Origin: Callorhinchus milii
Taxonomy: Eukaryota
Direction of reading: 5' to 3'
DNA length: 64,000 bases
NCBI RefSeq assembly: GCF_018977255.1
Contig: NW_024704743.1
Location: forward strand, 8,744,001-8,808,000
Position numbers and translations under genes: made by a program. The notes under the pieces were generated by a model, which searched no databases, was not told the DNA's origin, and saw only the letters and a program-made list of their open reading frames with translations. Within the stretch, counting starts at the first letter, position 1; the number at the start of each line of letters is the position of its first letter. Below are positions 39,479 to 53,219 of the stretch, piece by piece.

Positions 39479-40082
39479 CGTGCTGAGGCCCTTATCCACG
39501 TATTCGTCACATCCAGGCTCGACTACACAAACTCTCTGCTTGTCAGCCTCTCTAAATACCTATCCCACAGGCTGCAGACCATTCAGAACTCTGCAGCACG
39601 TGTCCTCTCCCGCACCAGGCTCCGCGAACCTATCACCCTCATCCTCATCTGGTTCTACTGGCTCCCCATCACTCAGAGGATATAGTTCAAGATCCTGATC
39701 CTCACCTTCAGAGCTCTTCATGCCCTTGTTCTTCCCTACCTCTGGGACCTCCTAACTGCCTGCCAACCTGTCCGCTCCCTCCGCTCAGCGGGCTCCGGCC
39801 TGCTTCATGTCCTCCGCCTCGCCTACCCTACCGTTGGTGGGCAGGCCTTTAACCTCTCTGAAGCCACCCTCTGGAACATCATGCCACAGTCCTCACTCCC
39901 TCCCTTGCCTCCTTCAAGACCTGTCTCAAGACCCTTCGACCGTGCCTTTGGTCATCCTCCTTCCTGCTCTCCACCTCTCCTGATCCCAACCACCAACTTG
40001 AGTTCGGATCCCTGATTGTCCAGTACCTTGGGTGACCTCCTGACGTGAAAGGCGCTGTACAAATGCAATTTGTTGTTGTTGT
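39479..40082 (+). mobile_element. L2 3' fragment inserted antisense into another L2 (39306-39478 and 40082-40270, - strand)
   Basis: [15 protein letters not shown]...WLPITQRI and a (TTG)n tail; the flanks join into a contiguous - strand L2 3' end. Confidence 0.87.
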
Positions 40083-40609
40083 TGAAGGAGGCAAGGGAGG
40101 GAGTGAGGTGAAGTGGGATGAAGTTCTAAAGAGTGAGGGCAGATAGGCTGAAGGCCCAACTGTTGATGGTGGGGCGGGTAGGGTGCGGGACATGGAGCAG
40201 ACCAGAGCAAACGGAGCGGACAGGCCGATATGGATTTAGCAGGTCACAGGGGTAGGGAGTAGCAAGGCCCTGGAGCTGGAAATGCACAGAAAGATTCTAA
40301 TATCTGGCTTGTTTAGGAGGAACATATTTTTATTTGACGTAGAAAACAACAGATGGCTGGGAGTATGTTACTGGGCTTGTTCATTTACTAAATGAAAAGC
40401 TCCAGGCATTTGCAGATGCCATATGAACCACAGAAATGAAGCGTGAGGAGATTTCATCTCTCACCGAACCCAAGAGTATGTTACAACCTTGAACAAACTT
40501 TAAACATGCTCTCATTATTGCGAAGATTATAGAGTTCTTAAATCATGTTCAGTCGGAGTTTTACAGCTGTTCTTGGAACCTCTTTGATACATTGTTTACT
40601 ATCTTTCCC

Positions 40610-40950
40610 ATGTCCCATTCCTCAGAAAATCAAGTACAAAACTCTCATTCTTACCTTCAAGGCCCTCCACGGTCTTGCTCCCCCCTACCTCTCCGACTTC
40701 ATAACCCCATCTCAGCCTGTCTGCTCCCTCCGCTCGGCGGACACAATCCTGCTTCAGGTCCCCCGTACTTCCCGCCCCACTACTGGCGATCGGGCATTCA
40801 GCATCTCTGCCCCCACACTCTGGAACTCTATCCCGCAATCCCTCCGCCTCAACCCCTCTCTCGCCTCCTTGAAGTCCTGTCTGAAGACCTTCCTCTTCGA
40901 CCGTGCCTTTGGACACCCTCCCATCCCTACCCTCCCTGCCCTCCTCCTCA
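40610..40950 (+). mobile_element. L2 3' fragment
   Basis: IPQKIKYKTLILTFKALHGLAPPYLSD...[10 protein letters not shown]. Confidence 0.9.
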
Positions 40951-41621
40951 ACCAACTTATATTGGTTCAGTTGGTAGCAATCTCACCTCTGAGTCAGAAG
41001 GTTATGGATTCAACCCCCATATTGGGTCTTGAACTCACAACCTTCCAACCAGGAAGCAAAAGTGCTACCAATTGTGCCAGGATGACACCTTTTTGTTTGC
41101 TCTTATAAAGGCAGATTTCTTCTCAATTCACAATTGGTCGATTCCTCTTATTGATGAATCAACAAATGGTTCAATTCGAACAGTGTTGAGTAAAAGGAGT
41201 GGAACCAGTACTTTGGTGTTTGGGCTGCGGAGTTTTCTGTATTCAAATACAACCCGGCGTAAACAACTTCATGTCAGTCTGCATAGACCTACTGTGGGTA
41301 AACTCTGGAACGCAGTGACATCACAAGGTACATGTGCGCTTTGTATCTCTGAATGGAAAGACGCTGGATGACCTGTGATTTAAAGTGCAACTTGAGACCA
41401 ACTGTAATAAAACCATAAGATCATAGAAATTCACAGCCGTTCAGCCCATCATATCTGTGCTTGCTCTTGTAAGAGCATTCCTTTCAGTCCCATTCACTTA
41501 ACCTCTCCCTGTCCCCTTGTCATTTACTCCTTTTTAGGTATTTATCTAGTTCCCTTTTGAAAGCTAATATGGATCCTGTCTCAACCACTGCTCCTGGCAG
41601 GGCAGTCCATATCCTAGCTAC

Positions 41622-41771
41622 AACAACAACAACAACAACAAGATTCCATTTATAGAGTGCCTTTCACGTCGGGAGGACGTCCCAAGGCGCTGTACAGTTG
41701 GGTCAGGACTCGAGCAAAGGGGAAATGGTCAGGGTGAGGGGAGGAGGGGGAGGGGGGGGTAGAGAGTCGAG
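41622..41771 (-). mobile_element. Extremely 5'-truncated young L2 copy with target-site duplication, nested in a CR1 3' fragment
   Basis: Tail nearly identical to 21498-21700; AGCTAC flanks both sides (41616-41621 and 41772-41777). Confidence 0.88.
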
Positions 41772-44763
41772 AGCTACTCTGTGTGTGAACAAAATTCTCC
41801 TAACTTTACTAGTGAGCTCCATGCCACTCCATGCCACTTGTCACTACCATGGTCTGTCGAGGAGACAGGTCAGACCGCACATAGGCGAGGAAGGATGAAA
41901 TAGAATTGCACTGCAGCAGAGCTCCCAAATTAACATAGATACAAGGTGTTGGCACTTGGGACTCTGTGCTTAATAAGGCAAAGTACATTATCATTGGCAA
42001 ATTGAACCCATTCCACTTCAGGCATCTGTTGTGAATGCCAAGCATTCACAGATCAGGTACAGTAGAGCTATTAATAATAATAGATAATAATAAATAATAA
42101 ATCTTACTCCCAACCTCAGAGGAGTATTATCTACTGCTCTAGCCTCATGTCTTTTGTTTCTTCCAACAGCTATCTTTGTGGGCTCTCTGAGAACGTTTTG
42201 CATCAGTTTTGTGGCTTGGGTTTACACTCATTAGGAACTGTATTTTGTGGAGTCATTAGAATGGGGCAAAGCAAGGACATTATCCAAAACTACAGTACTA
42301 CACTGGTTAGAAACACAAATAAAAACACTTATTCACATAAAGGGTTGTGAGACAGAGGGAGGTTTGTTCACACTATACAGTAAATCTTGAGAATTGTTTT
42401 AAGATATCCTCCCAACATAATAGGCATTATATCATATGCAAGAATTTACGTGTGATATTCCCACTAGCCTGACTGGTCTCCTGTTCCTCTGTTCCTAGGA
42501 GGAGATCAATTGGAATCAATTAGTTTAATTGGAAATGAACTCAGGTGAAAAGCTCACTCACTGCTCAATGTGGTTCTTTCTCCCATTGTCTTTCATTTTA
42601 AAAGGTTGCAAATAATAAAATGTGCAGCATTTGAATCCTATTAGCAGTTGGGATTCTATACTGGAGATCTTACTGTAGTCAACCTGGTTGTGTCATTCAA
42701 TGCAACCTGTTTAATTTTCACTTGAAATAGAAAGGAATTCTGATCAAGGAGTTCCCAGGTTTGAAGTGTGGTCTGTGTAGCGTAATGTGAGCTAATGTAA
42801 AGCCAGACAACAATAACAACAACAAATTACATTTGTATAGGGTCTTTCACGTTAGGAGGACTTCCCAAGGTGCTGGGGCAGTAAGCAAGCTATAATTAGG
42901 GTCACTGTGCCTTGGAAGGAAAAAAATCATTCAGGTTTCCTGTTCCTGATCACTATTCAATAACCCTACAGCAACAACAATTCCCATAGCAGCTTATTTT
43001 ACACGCAGCAATACCCCACAAACAGCCAATATATGAATGATCAATTTTATTTGGGGGATTGTTGGCCAGGCCACCGGGAGAAACTTCCTTCTCTTTACGA
43101 ATAGGGCCAAGGGATCTTTAACCTCCACTTGAACAGGCAGGTGGGACCTCCGTATATCAGAACAGCTGAAGGACAGTGTCTCCACTCCAAGAAGGTTGTT
43201 GGTTTATACTTTGGGACTCCAAATCCAAAAAGCAACGTACCCAGGCACCTCACTGGACTGTCAGCCTAGACTATACAAATTCTGTCCCAAAGTATGAACC
43301 AACAACCTTCTTACTCAGAGGTGAGCATCCTATCAACTGAGCCAGGCTGAGGGACCTGGTGTTACACACGAAACACGAGTGCCTTTCACATAGGGAGAAC
43401 ATCTCAAAGCACTTTACAAAACGCTTGCTGGCAAGTGAGTGGAATGTGGACATTAGAGAATAGGATTGGGCTTGAGTAATGACTGTTCCATGATTTAGTA
43501 GCCTCTTGAATCTCGGAGCCTCGGCTCCCACATGTGAAATGGTTACTTGAGCAAGCTATCAGAGGGCAATAATAGGATTTAGATCTATGCTATTATTTTA
43601 GTAAACCTTATGCCTTATTGCGTCGTTGAATCATCTCAAAGAGCCCATAGAGCAGTATCTCAGTGGGAAGCCGATTGAGGGGAAAATGTGCTTTTTAAAA
43701 AAATCTTCACACAAGGATGATTTGACTGAAGCAATGTTAATGACTAAAGCACATGCCTTTTGAGTTTTCATTAAACATCCTGGGAGAGTCTGAGGCTTTT
43801 TGCACAATGAAGGAAAACATCTGTTGGGAAGATATCCAGTTCTCCTGATCACAACAAGGCCAGGCTTTAAAGAATCCAATGGAGAAAAAGGGAAGAGAAA
43901 AAGAGGAAATGAGGGCTAACATTGCCAAGAAATTCCAAGATTCCCACCATCTAAACTTTACATTTCCAGCACCAGATGTCACACACATAAGCATCTTTTT
44001 CGCCAGGCTGCAAAGCGGTTGTGTATTTTTTTTCCCACGTTTGTATTTCTGTTACTCATCGCCCACTGTTGGGCTAGCTTGGCTGGGTTTGTTGAATTCC
44101 CGCTTATGGGTTAGAGAATTGTGGGTTCCAGGCCCACAACCGAATCTAAGCTCATAATCTAGGTATGACAATTCTGTGTAGTACTGAGGGGTTCCATGTC
44201 CCCACCACTTTTATCCTACAGCACAGACTTTAAAACCAATGTTCAAGTACAAGTTATCGATCTGTGGTTTAACATGGTTTAACCTTGCCTTATCACATCG
44301 TTGAACCATGTCAAAGAGCTTCACAGAATTTATTGTAGAGTATTGTGACTGTACTTTATAGTCGAATGAGGCAGCCAAGTTACACACAACAATGTCCCAC
44401 AAACAGCAATGAAGCAAATTATTTTTTTATCTGGGGTATTGTTGGCCAGGACATTGGGAGAAGCTCCTTACCATTTTTAAATAGTGCCATGGGATCTTCA
44501 GCATCCATCTCAAAAGTAACGTTGGTTTAACCTCTTATCCGAAGAATGGACTATTTTGCACAACAGGCCATTCTGTATCCTTCTTCATGCTAAGACAATG
44601 TACATACCTTGCTTACCCAGCCCCACTCCCCAGAAAGATAGTGTATGGTGGCCTACATAATACATACTACAACCTCTCCTAAAGCGAATACTAGCTATAG
44701 AACGAAATACCTTCTGAAAACAATTGTTTAACCTTCGGCTTGTTACTGCTGAAACTCATCCTA

Positions 44764-45290
44764 CAACAACAGCAATTTACATTTATACCGTGCCTTTCAC
44801 GTCCAAAACACCGTGCTTCACATCTCAAAGTGCTTCTGATCGCAAGCTGTGGGGGCACCTGAAGAGGGTTGGGGGGGTTAAATGCATGGTTGAAAAGATA
44901 GATCTTAAGTAAGGCAAGCTTTAAAAGTGGAAAGGGAGGAGCGAGATGGAGGGACTCCAGGATGGAATTTCAGAGAGGGGTGGGGGAGCCAGAAAGGCTG
45001 AAAGCTTGCCCATTGATTGTGGGTAGGGTCAGGTGGGAAACATGAAGCAGACCAGTGTTTGCTGAGCGAAAGGAGAGGCTGAGGCAATAAGGCTGTAGGA
45101 GGTCGCAAGGGCAAGACTGTGGAGGGGTTTGAACAAAACTTGAATTCTATCTGCTGGGAAATGGGGAGTCACGGAAACTGAGTGTGGATGGAGAAGACTT
45201 GAGGAGCCTGGTATTGTAGCGGGCATGGGGTGCAGAGTTCTGGACTACAACTTGTGTAGGGAGGAGCTGGGGTATCTGGTGAGTAACATG
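44764..45290 (-). mobile_element. Old L2 3' fragment
   Basis: (AAC)n tail followed by L2 3' UTR and ORF-end sequence. Confidence 0.72.
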
Positions 45291-45643
45291 CACCAGGTCT
45301 AATTGACCAACGTAATGTTCAGTGCATGAGGCGGAACATGGCTATGTTAAAGAATTAAGTTTATCAGGTTCATTATTGCCTCTCTTCCAAAAAACATAAC
45401 ACATTCCACTGGTGGAACACCTGCTCACTTTGGGAAGGAATGTGTGGCTGAGCTGTGGGTAGGCAGATGGTGTCAATGCTTTCATGCAATTCATGCTCAA
45501 TCCCTAGTGACTATCCTTCGGGGGGCACGGGTGGTGGTGGGAAGCAAGGTCATGTGTAACATGTTTGGCAATGGAGTGCCAGAATCAAGCCGTCCCTGTG
45601 TACTAGTACCACCTGAGCTGGACCGGTCTGCAGTACTCCAAGG

Positions 45644-46012
45644 ATAATAATAATCCAGCCAACCTGGATCATCAGCAGGACTTGGAAAGGCAGACCAGTT
45701 ACTGGGGGCAGAAACTCTTCCCAGTTAGCATCTGTTAACTCTGCAAACCCATATCCTAATGGGTGGTCCAAGCTGGATAAGCAGCGGGAAAGGCAGACAA
45801 GTGTTTTCAATGGTACGCTATATGGTTTTAGCTGGTTAGACTCCAGCAATATCCCAACACACACTCTGGGGTCCCCAAGCCTTAGCTCTTGCCTAACAGT
45901 CTCCAGAATTAGGCAAGCAGGATGCATCCCTCCAGGGAGAGAGTGTGCATCCCATTCCAATAAATATTTCTGGAGTTTCCATGTCTGGTGGTGTGCATGG
46001 AACTGCCTCAGG
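45644..46012 (+). repeat. Unclassified interspersed repeat, 5'-most copy
   Basis: Aligns by eye with 822-1080 and 27770-28080 (ttttagctggttagac...ccccaagcctt...ccagaattagg...ccctccaggga). Confidence 0.8.
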
Positions 46013-46364
46013 AACTGGATTACTGAGACCTCCACAGAGAGTTAGCTCGATTCTGACATTCCTTTGACAAACATGTCACCTTGGAACCAGTTCAGCTCTA
46101 AGGAGACCCTGCTTGCTTCCCCCCTCCCCAAAGAGGATAGCCACTAGTTGGTCATTTGACATCCAACAAGCGCAAGGTTTGAGTCCTCACTAGGTGGATG
46201 GCAGGTTACAGGAACTTCGTGAGATTTACTTCACAGAAAAGCTTTGTGAAGATCTTGGAGATATAAGGCACCATGTCAAATGTGTAGCAAATGTGGGGGA
46301 ATGAGTTAATATAGGGAGCTCGGGGCACTGCAACTTACGAGGTCCCAGAATAAGAAACCACAAA

Positions 46365-47527
46365 TTGAGTACTGTAGGAAAAGATTTAATTTAATTGAAT
46401 CTTTGGAAGGCAGTAGTCATAGATTCGAGTACAAGATATAACACAACAGTGTGAATTGTCTAGGCTTTCTGTGTGTCAAGAATACAAACATTTGAGTTAA
46501 GGCTTTTTTTCTTCCATTTTGAAAGCAACAATTTACACAAGCATCAATGTCATAAAAAGTTTAGAAAAAAATCAAAAAACTCTTACAGAATACAAAACAT
46601 GAAACAACGTACAAGAAAAGAAATTGACCATATAATTATAGATATCTTTAATTTTTTTCAATAACAAAAAACATTTTTTTCATTTTTTTTCTCGTTTAAA
46701 GTGATATTACACAAAGAGAAATAATACTATAAAAGAAAAATGTCTCTTTAACACTGCTTTTACAACACGTGAGGGGGATAAAAACCAACTTTGTAGCGTA
46801 TGTTTCAGTGCAAGCAATTGTTAATTCAGGCCACTGGCCTGAAGCCAATTGCAATGTTAATTTCATCAGTGTCCAGACAGCTGTCCTGTGTAGCAGTTAA
46901 CAGATCCTATCATTTCCCTCATCATAAAGGTCATGACTGCCTCAGTGTTCATTGAGGCTTGATGCTATTCTTTTCCAGATAGGGGAACTCAGAGATGGGG
47001 GAGAGGAGGGCAAAAAGAAAATCAAAGCACTGTATACTCAAAGTATAAAATCTGGACCAATATACAAAAAACATAGGTATTTTAAGCCCTTTCGAAACAC
47101 TCTTATGAAGCTGAAATAGTCATTATACAAATAGAATGATACAAATTTATAACTCTTTACAGAAAATGATAAATACTTGTAAAATGATCTCACTTGGTCT
47201 CAATACCAGCATTTGTTTATTTAAACCTTTAATTTAAAAATCAAAAAGCAGACTGTACATAATTCCTTTTTTTTACATAGCATCCTGTTTGATTTCTTTA
47301 ACAGTTGCTCCTACGAAAAGCTTGGCTCAGTCACAGACCAGCAATACCCAAAGCTCTTCTCCGACCTTCCCAAGACTGACCGCTACAAAAATTGAAATCC
47401 ACAGTTTTCTGGGTGGGATTTTCCTCAAGTCATCCTAATGTTCCTTCCTCCCCCAGAGCTTCCCTTTCCACCACACTCCTCACTCATCGCCCTCCCCCCC
47501 CACCACCCCCCACCAAGCAGTGTACTC
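46365..47527 (-). other. NRP1: Probable NRP1 3' UTR
   Basis: About 1.15 kb of repeat-free, U-rich sequence (- strand) after the stop codon. It ends at tandem ATTAAA (46385-46395) followed by a GU/U-rich element (TTTGTGGTTTCTT). A proximal AATAAA lies near 47216-47221. Confidence 0.6.
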
Positions 47528-47814
47528 TCAGGCCTCGGAGTATGAATTTTGTGTGCTAAGTTTGTCCTTTTTCAGTTTCACTCCATCTACGAGTTCAAAG
47601 TTGTAGTTCTCCAAAGCTGAAAGATTTCTGTCAGACAGTGCGCTGTGCCAGCAGGCACAGTACAGGACCACTCCGCAGATGGCCCCCAGAATGACTCCCA
47701 GCGCGCTCATGGCTATAATAGTGATGAGAATGGGGTCAAGGGTCTTCAGTACATTGCCAGGACCCCCAGAGCTCCCACCAACGGAGTCATTAGTGGGATC
47801 CTCAGGGTCATCGA
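47528..47814 (-). CDS. NRP1: Neuropilin-1, terminal coding exon (TM + cytoplasmic tail)
   Basis: tttttcAG acceptor. Encodes PGNVLKTLDPILITIIAMSALGVILGAICGVVLYCACWH...RNLSALENYNFELVDGVKLKKDKLSTQNSYSEA*, with the GxxxGxxxG TM motif and the C-terminal SEA PDZ-binding motif diagnostic of NRP1. Confidence 0.98.
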
Positions 47815-48514
47815 CTGAAAAATAAAATACATTAATATAGTATTAGCCTTTTAAAAGCTTAGTCTAGGACTGCATTTCTTTATGCATCAATTTTGAACAG
47901 TAAAGTAGGATAAGATCATTTAATTCTCTACATATATTTTCTACATCCAGTAAAAGATTACCAGGCAGCTCATTTGCCAAAGGACAGTTGAGCAACACAT
48001 TTATCAACAATACAATTTGCAAATGAGTAGTGTTGCGACAGTATATTACAAATCTACAGTTATATAGCGCATTTCACATTGCTAGGATGTCTCAAGGCAC
48101 TTGATAGTTCTGGTTTGGCACCTGGGGGTGGGAAAGCTCTCCGGGACACTACCCTGCGTGAAAGGTGTTATATAAGTGAAAGTTGTAAAAAAATGTTGTT
48201 CTTGAAAGATAACCAAAGGTGCAGTCAAACAGAAAGGTCTTGATGCGGGGAAATGGAAGATGTTCCTATTTCAAGCACCCAGTTATTATTCCCAGCGAGC
48301 ACTCCAAATTGGGTATGGCAAAAATGTGATGTCGAGTCAATTTCTCTCTACTCCAACATTGAGTACGATTTCAAATTACTGTTATCACACTAGGCATCTT
48401 GTGGCCTCCCTGTATAGGGCAATATTTGAAGCAGTTTGTGTTTTGGGCGCATGTTGATGAGGATTTAGGTTGAGTCTGTCGAAACTCATTTCATGCTGGA
48501 TCCCGGAAGTGAAA

Positions 48515-48870
48515 TAACAATTTGCATCTACATGATGCTTTTCATGTAAATTAATTCATGTAAGAAGTCAAAGTGGTATGTAATTAGGATTTTTCTGAAG
48601 ACAGGGAGAGAGGAATCAAGGCAAAGTGGAAGAGAGTTGCAGATGACTGAATTATTGGGCACTGATGGAAGAGTGATAGGAGTGAGGAACAAGCATTAAA
48701 TCTAAAGTTGTCAGAGCAGAAGGTATGGCTGGAATTGAGGGCTGAGATAATTGCATAGGTAGAATGGGGAGAGACAGTGGAGGGATTTGAAGACCATGAC
48801 AAGGGTTTAAAACTCCACCCCCTGAGAACCAATGGAGCTTGTTAAGGATGGCGGTATGAAGCCTTGAGCA
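48515..48870 (-). mobile_element. Old L2 3' fragment in the last NRP1 intron
   Basis: L2 tail motif and a gagaaccaatggagc (LHWF) remnant. Confidence 0.65.
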
Positions 48871-49153
48871 GAGGGGCCCTGCAAAGTACTGGATCTGCTG
48901 ATATTTGTGGCAAGTGGAGCTAGGAAGGGCATAATTTATTTCTCTTTTATGTATTTTGGTGATTGACAAGCTAGAGAAATGTAACAAATTCTAACTGGCT
49001 GAGCGATAACTAACATTTTCCAGCAACAAGGCTTCAGATGTTCAGATCTTCATTGTCTGATGCCTCTGTTGCCTGTGGTTATTATCTCCATTACTTGGGA
49101 TATACGTAAAAATATTTCATGTACTATTCATAACAACTGAAAATAGAACTCAC

Positions 49154-49210
49154 CAGTGGGAAAGACTGATGTGGGACCATCTACCAGACCTGGAAAAGCA
49201 TTCCTAGGAG
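49154..49210 (-). CDS. NRP1: Neuropilin-1, short juxtamembrane linker exon (not in the ORF track)
   Basis: ttttatttAG acceptor and G|GTGAGT donor; 57 nt, phase 1-1, open (APRNAFPGLVDGPTSVFPT). Its position matches the short penultimate NRP1 exon, but there is no recognisable amino-acid similarity. Confidence 0.7.
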
Positions 49211-49842
49211 CTAAATAAAATGAAACAAACAGTCAGTAAAGCACCATCGAGTTTGCTTCAATGAAAACCTACAAGTCCTCGAACTTGCAGAACATTCCTG
49301 CAAATAGCCTTAAGCACATTTTAATGTAAAACATAATTCACATGCTAATAGTTTGTGCATTTGGAATTCAAACCATTAGGTCAGCTGCTATACACTGGGC
49401 CCCAGCGTTATGTCTATCTCTTAAGATCTGCTATGATCACATAAACCGACGGATCAGACAAAGGGCTGAATGATTTCCCTTGCCTGTTCCTATGGTTCTC
49501 TTAAAAATAGACCTACCTGAGACTGCACTATCACTTAAGCTAAATACAGCATTTTATTCGAATACAATGGGAGTTTTTTCAGGCTTGATGAGTGTCCCCC
49601 ACACTCTTGGTGCTCCATCAATGGTCGAGCTTTCAGTTCCTAACCTCTGGACGCTCCCTCTACCACTGCATCTCACCCCTCTCTCTGTCTTCAACTCCAA
49701 CCTCAAATCCGACCTCTTTGAATGTGCCTATCTCCCCCTCCCTCTCCTGCTCGGTGTCCAACTCAGACCTTGTAAAGCACTCTGAGCCGTTACCCTATGT
49801 GAAGGGCACTAAATGAATGCAAGTTTTACATCTGTCCTAAAA

Positions 49843-50120
49843 GTAATAATAATCCTTGCATTTGATATAGCATTTTTCACATCTTCTCGACATCTCAAAG
49901 CGCTTCACAGAATAGACTGTAAAGTGAATTGCACACAGCAGCATCCCACAAATAGTCGTGGATTGAAAATTACCAATTTTTTATTATTGTTTTTGTTTTG
50001 GAGGGATTATTATTAGGTGGGTGGAGTAAGGAAATTTGCCCAAGTTTCGCCCTGCCTGGAATTGAACCCAGGTGTCTTGCTTGCAAGGCGAGTGCTCTAA
50101 CCACTGAGCTACAGGATTCA
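49843..50120 (-). mobile_element. Deu-core SINE, short variant with internal deletion
   Basis: Head, partial core and tail match the family. Confidence 0.88.
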
Positions 50121-50960
50121 CAAAGTGACATTGTAGAAACAGCTGTGGGTGAAACACTTGGCTCTGTAAAAATCCCTTAACCATCTTGAAGCCCAAAATT
50201 CCATCTCAACCTGTAAGACGGTTTTGTTTCTAAATCTAACATCGGGCAAAATTCTGGAAAATTTGTAAATTCAGTTTTAATTTGGAAGTTGTTTTTCTGC
50301 TGTCCAAATTGAGACTGAATTTAAGAATTTTCCACATTCCTTGTGCGACCTTCAATTTGAATCAAAATAGTCTTACAGGCTGGGTAAAATTGGAAGCTTC
50401 AGATCTTTCACCGCCATTAAGATTTTTTTTTCTGGTATCACCAGGTATAATTTCCAATGCACGCTCGGGCTGTCTTGCATAGGATGATAAGGTTTCACTG
50501 TGAACTGCTATGCTATCTCTGCAGTGTCACATAGCAGCGCTATTAACTGTCATTGGTATTATATCAGGGAATCTAGCAATATGCACTAGTTTCAATGATA
50601 AAGATAATATTATATAATAATCCTTGCATCTGATAATGCCCTATCATGTCATTGAGACATCTCAAAATGCTTCACTAAATTTTACTAGGAAGTGTACTGA
50701 CTGTGTATTTGTAGGCAAATGTGGCAGACAATTTACACACAGCAATGTGACCTTTTTTTATTTGGAGGGATTGTTAGCCAGGCTAGGACACTGAGAGAAA
50801 CACCCTTCTTTTTTCAAATACTGCTATGGGAATAGTTAATGTCCACCTGAACAAGCAGACAGGACCTCCACTTAACGTTTCATCCGAAGGACACCACCTC
50901 AATGAATACCTCAATGAATACAGAGTTCCCCCAGCACTACACTGGAGTGTCACCCTAGAC

Positions 50961-53219
<2,259 letters not shown>

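Noticed and set aside
45550..46035. 161 aa ORF on the - strand
   Set aside because: Antisense to an interspersed repeat, not maintained in the other copies, and no recognisable domain.
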